DNA of 45,040 nt, counting the filler, from Sphacelaria rigidula (lineage: Eukaryota), in NCBI GenBank assembly GCA_964200075.2. It is 2 parts of 2 records of this genome, joined end to end, with 100 filler letters (N's around TTAATTAATTAA, not from the genome) between each part and the next. Parts side by side here need not be neighbours in the genome. Positions count along the whole stretch, not along the records: positions 22,580 to 45,040 come from CAXNAA020000332.1; 1 more part is not named here. The stretch is one strand, 5' to 3'. This document shows, in pieces, positions 35,338 through 45,040 of this stretch. Both the position numbers and the translations under genes were made by a program. The notes under the pieces are model-generated. The model did not search any database, had not been told where the DNA came from, and was given only the letters and a program-made list of their open reading frames with translations. The first letter of the stretch is position 1. Every line of letters starts with the position of its first letter.

Positions 35338-35989
35338 GCATACATACATATGTTTGTATATGTCCATAGAGCATGAAAATAAACAAACTCCTGTGATGAC
35401 GCGAACAATGACCTCGAGTGCGGTTGGCGCGAGGGTGAAATCATGTTCCCCAGATCGAGTGATTTATGTGTATGTGTATGTTGTCCGCCTGGCAGTCGCA
35501 GAGCGCGGTGGAACGTACAAAATTTCTACGAACAGTATAGATCGATGCAGCGTTCAACCTGGTATCCTTGGTACTGTTTTGTGGGGGAAGCTTCCTCGTG
35601 TCCTTGGAGGGTGGGTTCTGGTTAGCGTTTGCTACGATTTTTCTCTTCGGTATTTCAATCGCGTGTTCATTGGATCTTTGCTACTCATTCTCTCGGGCTC
35701 TAGAAGAGGGAGGGGGTTGGGAGCGGGTCGTGGTCTAAGACCTACATGTCTAGCTTCAACCATCTCCACCGCATGTATCTTTAGTTTAGTTGATCTCCTT
35801 GCGGTGCAGTTGCAGGGGGGAAATCGGGGTGTAATCATTATCTTCAATTATGTAGTCATTAGACCGTTGACCTCGCATCCCTACGAAGCTGGGAAGAAGC
35901 ACGCCGGGTTTTCGCCGGAATAAGCTCGCAATCATCGAACGCGAAGCATCGTGATGCATTTGGTGAGTCGTATGAAGGGTGAGCTACAT

Positions 35990-37495
35990 CCTGCTGAAAA
36001 TGTTCGGCTCAAGGCGTACTGATTACATTGCATATGGATGACAGCACACAATGAGTTCCTCCTCCACACGACCACTAGTATATATATTTTTTTCTCGCAG
36101 ATCCAGGTCCCCCACCCGAAATCGCAGTTTCCATCTTTTTCACCGTGCCCATTGGGCCGTGCAAATATGTTTTGATCCCTATTTCTTCTCTCAACCCCCC
36201 GTATATCTTCAGGTGTTCCTTCTCGTCTATTTTGCGTCTTAGCGCTCCTTTTCCCCTTATTTCTACCATGTCTTTTACTTTTGCCTTGTACCCCGCACCT
36301 TAACCTATGGACAGTATTTCGTGTTGGTTTCCTCCAATCTCTTTCCATACTTTCTCGACATCTTTACCCCACCTTATTCCAGCCTTCCCTTCTGTAATTT
36401 TCTTCCATACAGCCTTGTCAACTATAGCTGGCAATCTCTTCCTATGTTTCTTGAGCTATATTATCATGATAATTTTCTCATGCTCTGTTATTTTCAAGTG
36501 AGTACATTTCAACTCTGCTCTCAATGCTGTATTACTCGTCGTTTTTGAGCATCCAAGTATCTTCTTAGCTGCTGCAATCTGTACTGTTTCCAACTTTTCA
36601 CCAACTTCACGTTCCTTTTCTACACTTCTCCTGCTTATTCCAGCTTTGGTACGATCACGTTCACCAGGATACATATTTGAACCCTAGTGTCTAGGTGCGA
36701 GTCTCTGAGGACCACGTCCATCCTTCTTATCTGTTGTGCCTTTCCTTCTTCTATGATTTCGTTTATGTGTGCACCCCAAGAACTATTTTTTTTATATCTC
36801 TACGCCAAGGTATGTTTACTGGTCTACGATCGGCAATTCCTCTTCTCCCCACTTCCATTTGAACTTTACCGGAATTTCCTTCTCTTCGTTACAGACAAGT
36901 ACCGCGCATTTGTTGACGTTCGCTGTCACGCTTCATTTCCTCATGTTTTTTTGCGCCTTGTCCACTTGTTTCTGAAATCCCCACAAAATCCTCCGCGACC
37001 ATCAATCCTGATACAACATATTTACCCACCTTGACTCCTTGCTTTGCTGCTTCTATTGCTATCATCAAGTCGTGAATAAATACCTTGAACAAAGTGGGTG
37101 ATGCCGTACACCCTTTTGCAACTCCTTGGAGAACATCACAATATTTCGATATTTCCCCGTCTAGCTTCATGGCACTTTTGGAACATTCTGTCATCTTCTT
37201 CACCATTCTCCACATCCTTCCTCTTATCCCAGCTTCCCACAATTTTTTCCACAACCCATTTCTCCATACGATGTCATAAGCCTTTTGCACGTCGAGAAAG
37301 AAACAGTACGTTGTCCGCCCGGTGTCGTTCCTACCCTGAATATTCTTCCTTAGTGTGTACACATGGTCTACGCAACTACCGGTTTGGTCTAAATCCTGCT
37401 TGTGCCTCTCTGATTTTGTCTTCTTGTTCTAGCATCATTTCTACTCTATCGTTCAGAATCTTACAAAATGTTTTCTCTACCGTGCTCAGTAGCGT
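35990..37495 (-). mobile_element. Truncated, degenerate non-LTR retrotransposon (LINE RT and C-terminal region)
   Basis: LLSTVEKTFCKILNDR..QAGFRPNR, FLDVQKAYDIVWRNGLW, QGVAKGCTASPTLFKVFIHDL and GLMVAEDFVG (decayed FADD), then KLETVQIAAAKKILG and EIGIKTYLHGP. Several frameshifts. Confidence 0.9.
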
Positions 37496-37953
37496 AAAGG
37501 CTTCATTGCTTGCTCGGCGCAAGGGTCTATGTTTGAGAAAGTTCGTGGGACCTCTCTTGTTGTATTAATTACCCGGTTGACAAATGTATATTATACTCTC
37601 CACGTGAAATATAAAAACCCCACTTGTGCACTACCAAAAGGGGGGGGGTTCAATCATGGAAAAATCGCCCATGCAAAAATAACACGTCATAGTCCCATAG
37701 TCTCATTTCTCGGCCACGCGATGAGGCGTGTGCCCCCAAGCAGACATATATTGCAGCCATCATATCGGGTATACCTTAAATAATAGAACTGTATCTATTA
37801 TTTGCCTTTCCTCCATATGTCATGATCCAATCACAATATCCACTTCCCTTGCATCCAGGCATGTTTACATGTATCTATACTTGAGTGAGTATATTCGATT
37901 AGCCCCCCTACTCACGGCTCAACTCTACTCAATTCTCAAGTCGCATATTCTCA
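37490..37953 (-). repeat. Copia 3' LTR (left end truncated or uncertain)
   Basis: On the minus strand a purine-rich tract GAGTAGGGGGGCTAATCGAGTA is followed directly by TG at 37953-37952. A TATA-like TTTTATATTT lies near 37610. Confidence 0.6.
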
Positions 37954-40171
37954 TACTCGATTAGCCCCCCTACTCACGGCTCAATTCTACTCAACTCTCA
38001 AACACTAATGGACGTAATTTCATCTGAATGTACGAAAATGTTTCATCCCGAAAACGACAATATTTAATCCTACATTACCAATCAAAAACAATTCGTCCCG
38101 GCCGTGTACAGACATACGGTAACGTCGTCTACTTAGCAAACTGAACTCCTTCCTTTAGCCCTCTTCCCCAATACTTCTTGGCATATTCATGTTCTTTATA
38201 TATCCCGTCCGTCGCGCCCTTCAGTACTGAAACATAATTTGAACTCAAAATTCAAATAATCACAAACCAAAATGTCAAAAACCTCAGAGATACATTCGAC
38301 AAAATAGGAAAATACATCAACCAAACGCAAAGTCGAAAAACCCGTCCAGTTTCTCGATATTCACTACGGCGGTTTTTGTGACACTCAACATCCAACACTA
38401 AAAACCATTGAAAAGTATCTTGTCTACAACAAAAAATCAAATCCGGTCGTACCCGTCGAAGATAAAAAAATCAATTCACTGCAAAATTGAAAATCTTGCA
38501 ACCATGGCCTCGTATCCCTACTTTTCCGGGGTGGATAAATGGCCCCGAGAACAAATCAAACCAACTCAAACCAAACCAATGTACCAGCGTGCTGCAGACT
38601 TTACATAATATTCATGACAATATCACGATGAAAATCAAAAGACTCTGTCGACAACACTTTAGTGAAGAAATCTGCATATTGATACTCCGATCTCACGTGA
38701 ATAACCGAAACCTCATTCCTCCCAACCAACTCTCTGATAAAATGATGCCGCACGCCGGTGTGCTTGGAGTTGGAGTTTGTGATTGGGTTTTTTGTCAATT
38801 GAATAGCTCCCTGATTATCCTCCTTCAGAATATCTGTCATAGCAACGTATTCTGCTGCCGTTGTGGGTAGCGTCACACACTTCTGAGTCCTCGAAAACCA
38901 AGACACGTCCACCTCCACACATCACTAGCTCTACTGATACCGACCGCCTATCAGTTGCCTTACTTGCGTTGTCGGCATCTGCAAACACATGACAGCTCAA
39001 CCCCTGTACAATTCCTCTGCGAAAATAAATCCCTTACGAACTTGTTCGCCTAACATACCCCAAAATACCAAGCGCAGCACGCCAATGAAGGTGTTTTGGT
39101 GAGGCACAGTACCTCGCTACTGCACGTACTGCGTTAGATATGTCTGGCCTCGTTTGGGTTGCCAGCCACATCAGTGACCCTATCAACTCCCGAAACAGCG
39201 ATTCCGTTGCGTGCTCTTCTATACTGAACTCTTCAAGCTTCGCACCAACAGCGATGGGGGTACTCTTTCCCCACTCTACTCCGTATTCCTTCGCCAACTC
39301 CTTTGCGTATGTTTTTTGTGAATTTTTCAGAATCCCCCTTGCAATATCTCTCTCATAGTACAGGCCAGAATACCAACGCAAATCCCCAAGGTTCTTGGCT
39401 GGAACCATCGTGTTGGGATCTTTATCAAACTCGTCACATCTGTCCTTCTCTCCCACTGCGAATCATCTACATGTACTACTATGGTGATAATCACCCTGCT
39501 ATCTTCAATCAACCGAAACACACATGAACCCGCCAAGCACTGATCAAATCCAAAAACAAATATACCCTCCGCCAAGCGATTATGCCATCGCCTACTTTCC
39601 TGTTTCAATCCGTACAAACTTCTGTTGAGTCTTATTATTTTACCAGATAAGCTTCCGCAACCAAGTGGCAACCGCATGAAAACGTTCTCGTCTAACTCAG
39701 ACTGTACAAAAGCCTGTTCAATATGAACGCAACGCAAGATTTTGCTCACAAGCCAGAGTCGCCAATAAACGTACGCTAGAAACTGCTACGGTGAGGGCAT
39801 GCAGTTCTCCAAAATCTATATTCTCTCTCTGCAGATCTCCTCTTGCTACTAGTCTCGACTTCATCTTCGTGAGCCATCCAAACTCGTCCGCCTTCCAGTT
39901 ATACGAAGTATACCCACTTTCCATGGATATAATTGTTCACGAGTTGCTTTTCCGCTGAGTCAATCGTCCCCGCCTCCAGAATTCCCCGCCATTCCCGCTC
40001 CACCGAGTCCCTCCATAAATCACCGTACTCCGAGCGCACCGCCTGCGTGTATCCGTCGGGGACCTTGAGGTCCTTTGCTAGACACTGTGGGAGTCCCGGT
40101 GAGATGTGCTGCGGGCGCTGCTCGCGCAAAGCGGCATCCATGTCTTCACGCGTTGCCAGCCTCGTCGCGAG

Positions 40172-41935
40172 TCACATCGATATCCCCCCGTGCCCCCCTT
40201 CCTCACCGTCCTTGCCCTGTCGCCCGGCATCAACTACGCCGCGCGTGAGGAGAGCAGAGAGCAAAGATCGCTTATCTAACTGCTGCATGAGTCCCCCGCT
40301 GTGGTGCAAGAGTGCAGCCTTGTCTGTCTTGTACTGCGTCGACCCCGACCGCGTCCGCCCTGGCTGCCGCGGGTCTGTTTCCCGATCCAGCTCCTTCCTC
40401 ACGTTCATTGGAAGCGGCGAGAAAAAATAGTCCATCACTTCAGAGGCGGATGATGCATCGCGCGACGCAGTCGAGGAACATGCTGATGGTATCGGGGATG
40501 GAATCGGGGCCGAAGAGCCGGAGAAGATCGGCGGGGATATCTGCGGCGATTGATGCATCGGCGAAGTCGACGGGCGCGGCGGCGTGTGCTGCACTGGTGA
40601 AAATGTCGGTCGCGGCGGCGGCGGCAGCATCGGCTGAGTCGGCGGAGTCGGTGGGCGCGGCGGCGTTTGCTGCATCGGCGGGGAGCTCGGTCGCGGCGGC
40701 GGCAGCATCGACTGAGTCGGCGGAGTCCGCTGGCGTGGCGGCGGCGGCGGCGGCGGCTCAAACTCCACTGTGTGAAATGTCGGCGGGAGCAGCGGTGTGG
40801 CGACAGCGACGGCGGTGCTGCCATGAACCTCCTTCCCCCCGACTAGCGGCGTCTCGTGGTGCTGCTCTGCTGACGGCGCGGCGGCAGCGGCGACGGTGCC
40901 GGAATGGGCCTCCTCCCCCTCGACGAGCAGCGTTGCCGACGATTGCAGTGGCACACGTGGTACCGTCCAGACAACGTTGTTAGTGTAGCAGACTGCACCG
41001 GTAGCAGCCTTCAGGACCTTCACCGTCGATGAAGAATGGTTACTGCCATTATTGAGGTAATGGCAGGCCACGGACTGAACATTCATCTTTCCTCGGCGAT
41101 TGGCCCGCATCATGCCGGAATGTAGAAACGGCACAATCTGTAGCGGCGGGCGCTTGCCGGAGAACACTTCATACGGCGACAGTCTTCCCGGGTTCGCCGT
41201 AGTGGCGGAACGATTGAATCTGTCCGCTGCCCACACCGCGGCCTTCAGCCACAGGTGCTCCATGTTCTCCCCCAGGTGAGGTAAGTCGTTGAAGCGGCAC
41301 TCCGGGAACAGACGTCGCGCTTCGAGACGGGCGGCGTGGCCCCGCTTCATGACCCTCCAAATGGCATTTTTCACCACAGCGTTGTGCTTCGGAGTGTCGG
41401 GGGCAGTGTACTCACGACGAATCGTTGCGTCGTCGCAGAAGACGCCGAAATGGTTGAAGGTGAACTCGCCCCCGTTGTCCATGCGAAAACAACTGGGGGT
41501 ACCGATGGCGCTGACGTCGGCGATGAAACGCTTCATCTTCGCCAGCGTGTCAGACTTACGTGCGAGGCCATAAAACATCATGAAGCGCGACTTGCTGTCG
41601 ACGCAGCCCAGCATATGAGTTGATGCATCCAGAGTACGAGGGTGTGGGCCGGTGAGGTCGAGATGCACCCTACCAAGTACAGTCTCTACAGTCGTGCCCG
41701 GTCCTCGCGGAATACCCCCCCTCTGTCCCTTTGCTTCCAAACATCCCGCACATGGCGCCAGTACCCCCGTCAATATAATACCCTCGTGTTTCGCAGTTTC
41801 TTGCAGTAACGTCTCAGGGATGTGGAGAAGGGAAACGCGGAAAACATTAATGTCGACTTCTTTTTTCGGTTTTCCAACTGAAAATGGGTGAGAACTGGGG
41901 GCAAGAACAGCAAGGGCCGTCCCGTTGTCAGTCAT
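40172..41935 (-). pseudogene. Copia integrase-containing open segment (third DDE residue replaced by K)
   Basis: 587-aa ORF with H..C..C zinc motif and D,D core; TPKHNAVVKNA stands where TPQQNGVAER is canonical. Followed by a Pro-rich repeat linker. Confidence 0.85.
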
Positions 41936-44900
41936 AACTCCAATTCCTTCAGTCAGAAAACGCGGAAAACATCTTGGTGAGGGGTCACGTCAAATCCAGC
42001 CATCAAAGCTTCATCTTTGAACACGCTCAAATCTGAGCAGTGAAGCCCTTGGACTGCACGAAGGGAACCAACACCGTTGGTGGGGGCAGGTACAACGCTT
42101 GCAGGTGAAGTGGACTGAAATCGAATGCTTGGGGGAGGGGAAGGAACAACGCTTGCAGGTGAAGCGGACTGTACGCTAAGACTTGAATTTACCACGTTCG
42201 CCGGAGGAACGGACTGGAATCAAACGCTTGGGGGAGGGGAAGGAATTCCTACGACTTGCACGGCAAGTGGCGCAAGTGGGGAGTTTTGGTATGTTGGCGG
42301 TAATCGAATGCCTCTTTGTGATGGAGACCGCTCATTGCGATCGAAGCGAAGCCGATCATCAAACATATGTACCCCTGTTTCAGTCAAAAGTACATCCTGC
42401 TCCTTCTGCACTTGGTGCAGAGAAAAAAAGGTTGAAATGTATACCTTCAAGAACGTAAACTTCAGTCAGCTGCAGGCAAAATTCTGAGGACGCTCCGACG
42501 GATTTCGGGGCGGTGGACTTTTCCGTGTGAAATTTGAGCTTCAAACTCCCTCCTCGGACAGGGAGAATTGTTCCGCTCCCCACGGTCACATGTTCATTTC
42601 CTTCCGGGGGGGGGGGGGGCGGAAACCAAATATACTCCCTATTNNNNNNNNNNGGCGGGGCGGTCCGCCGCGCGGGGCCGCTCGGTCCCCTGCCGGGGGG
42701 GGGGGGGGGGGGGCGTAGATCAAATATACTACTCATTGAACCAGTGGTATGGTGTGAAGCACCATTGTCCGCTATCCACTCCTGTGTACCATCACCTACA
42801 TCAAACCCCGACCCCACTCTGGTGAAGCAAAGCAACCCCCAAAGTAAAATCACCCAACTCAAAACGTGACTCGCCTTGTGACATAGTGTGTGCCATGCAC
42901 AAGTAAAGCGGCGGAGAGGATGAAGCTGAACCGGAGGNNNNNNNNNNTCAGATTGGAATCAGGTTGGGCATGATGAGGTGGTTGCTGCTGGTGTAGTTGA
43001 TGAGGGTGTTGCAGTTGAAGTTCACCTTGCTGCGGTGGTGACTGGATCTGGTTGTTGGTGGCGGCTGCGGAGGATTGCGGGGGATTGCGGGGAAACTGGA
43101 TACAGTGCGCGTAACCTGCACCGCTGAAGTTGCTGCTATCTTCCAACACCCGCTCATCTTCTTCCGTTCCGTTCCAGTGTTCTTCGATGTGACTACTTTC
43201 TTCGTACCCCCCTTGGCCATCGTACAGTTGCACGGTATTGACCGATCCATAGGAACGGGTCCAAGGAATAGGCTGGTGTCCTCCGTGATGAGGTTGATTG
43301 TGGGCAGGATACACATGACGTACCCCCGGATCGACTTGCGGCCGCACTACTCTACGCCATGGGTAAATACTATGCATGTGGCCCAATTCATCGCATGTGA
43401 TGCATCGTTTACGAGGGTCTGCGTGGTGGATTGGGGTTCGTTGCCTACAGGGCGATATGAACCATCAGGATAACCCGAGTAGTCATATCCACCTTGCGGC
43501 GGATCATAATGCGGCAACTGGCTGCCTGGGCGGGCATTCCCGCCGCCGCGCCCCGAACCACCGTACCTGGGACTAAATCCACGCCCTGCGCCCCGTCCTC
43601 CACGTCTCGCTTGCTGCTGCTGCTGGGGGTGGTGCTGCTGTTGTTGTTGCTGGATGAGCTGCTGCGGTGATTGGGTGTGCATTCTACCGCGTCCGCTACC
43701 CCCACGACCTCCAAAACTGTCTGCACTATGGTATTGCTGCTGGCGAACACCATTCCACGCACCACGATCACCACGACTGTCTTGTGCGTGCATGTTTCGT
43801 TGTGCGTTGCATTCAGAGTCGTCATGCTGGATCGTATTGTGGAAATGACAAAAAACATCACACTGTTGCCGACGTCTCTCACCACCTTGCTGTCGTCTGT
43901 TTTGCAGTGCGCCTCTGCCTCCACCACCCCCAGTGGCAGCGACGAGGGCGTTGCCCTGCTCCTGGCCAGTTCCATCTCTCCATGCGCCGTCATCATCATG
44001 CGCTCAAGGGTATCTGAGGTTACTTCATACATGGCAAATAGTACGCCGCGCGGGATTTTGAAGTCACCTGACAGGCGGCGTATGTTGTGCCGGTTGGCGC
44101 CTGAATATGATATTAGGACTCCAAGCCTAGCACGGTTGTACCTTATTAATTTTTCTCTATCGAGAAGCATGCGGGGGTCCTCTCCCAAGTTGATATCGAG
44201 GCTCTGCCATTGATGGCCCAACTGTGCCTTCTCAGTGGTTGGAGAAGCGGTGTAGTAGTCTATAATGTACCTCCATCCCTCGCTGGGGTTTCCCAGTCTT
44301 ACTAGTTGCTGAACGAGCGGAGCAAAGGTTATTCTTTCGACTAGTATACCCCATGCTTTCAAGGCCTTCTGCACCAACTCGTTTCCAAAACTATCGATCA
44401 AATCCCGCTCTCTATCAAAATTACTCTAACGGGGAAAGTTGTGTAAAGAGCCTCTGCGCAGGGCTCCTGCTTAAAGTACGCTGTCATCTGCGGCTTGACC
44501 ATGAACCTTTGTCTTACTTCCTCACCACTCTTCGTCGCACCATCCCACGCTGCTATACTACTATGTGAACGTACCCTTAATATGCCAGACTGTACCATCT
44601 GGGCTTGATTCTGCGTGTGCAGACGTGCGTCTTGAAATGCTGTCGCAGTCGTAGGCTGAATGCGCCGCTTGGGGGCCGCCGCTCTTGTCGCTGACGCGCG
44701 CGCTCCCAGGCTCATCTCCTCTTCCTATGCTTAACTTTGTTGTCGCAGGTCTTGTAGCTGTTTTGCTTGCTCCTGCATGAGTCTTGATAGAGTCTCCCTA
44801 GCCGCGTCTTGGTTGGCTTCTGCCACTCTCGCGATGAGGTCGTCTACTCTATTTTCGAAGTCCATTTTATATGTCTGAATAAACCCTGAGGTCACCCGCG

Positions 44901-44984
44901 CAAAGCGTAGTCCGATCGCTAGCGTAAAGGCTGAATTTCCTGCTCGGCGCAAGGGTCTCTGTTTGACAAACGTCGTGGGATCTC

Positions 44985-45040
44985 TGTTAACAATAAATTG
45001 TGCGAATTGAGGTTTAACTCCGAGATGAGGTTCAAGCCTA
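44985..45040 (-). repeat. Inner end of the putative copia 5' LTR
   Basis: + strand TGTTAACAAT... (minus strand ends ...TTAACA), 120 nt upstream of the gag ATG. Cut off by the window end. Confidence 0.5.

Larger units (their letters stand above)
37490..45040 (-). mobile_element. Degenerate Ty1/copia LTR retrotransposon (continues beyond window)
   Basis: Order is gag (ATG ~44865; knuckle CITCDELGHMHSIY 43363-43404), protease (WIADNGASHH ~42750-42780), GAG-pre-integrase CAGC, integrase (VHLDLTGP, RMDNGGEF), RT (KSRLVARG, SLYGLKQ, VHVDD) and RNase H (FADAD, EDNQGAI, ADFFTK; stop 38601). INT before RT defines copia. Many frameshifts. Confidence 0.95.

Noticed and set aside
37895..38001. CRISPR-like direct repeats
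   Set aside because: Only two copies, eukaryotic context, no cas genes; explained by the LTR/PPT duplication.
40312..40983. 223-aa Ala-rich + strand ORF
   Set aside because: Antisense shadow of the GC-rich Pro repeats in the copia polyprotein.
42600..42720. Poly-Pro/Gly insert with Ns in the copia protease region
   Set aside because: GGAAACCAAATATACTCCCTATT is a garbled duplicate of GTAGATCAAATATACTACTCATT next to G homopolymers and an N run. This is an assembly or read-error artefact.

Overview
Eukaryotic, intron-rich and transposon-laden DNA, most consistent with a brown alga or other stramenopile. That assignment is an inference from gene content, long introns and TTAGGG repeats. Two spliced genes on the + strand can be rebuilt by hand with consistent exon phases, and neither appears whole in the ORF track. 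(1) An RWP-RK transcription factor with coding exons 9138-9437, 11383-11586 and 16015-17286 (591 aa); its signature reads RWPHRQ. (2) A 5'-incomplete 7TM-RGS protein (multi-pass membrane domain plus C-terminal RGS domain) with 10 exons from 23281 to 34808; its last intron needs a GC donor. A 100-nt artificial scaffold linker (N44-TTAATTAATTAA-N44, 22480-22579) separates the two genes. The rest is mobile-element material: a degenerate RTE-like LINE (~1750-4760, -), a second truncated LINE (~35990-37495, -), a degenerate Ty1/copia element (37490 to window end, -), a TA-flanked Tc1/mariner-type non-autonomous element carrying telomeric repeats, hAT-like MITEs, an ~87-nt hairpin family, a tRNA-headed SINE-like fragment and microsatellites. 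The copia LTR region duplicates both priming-site neighbourhoods. I see no CRISPR array, rRNA or intact tRNA, and no clear-cut novel multi-gene system. The best leads are the 7TM-RGS receptor with its GC-AG intron, the copia LTR/priming architecture and the telomere-repeat-bearing DNA transposon.
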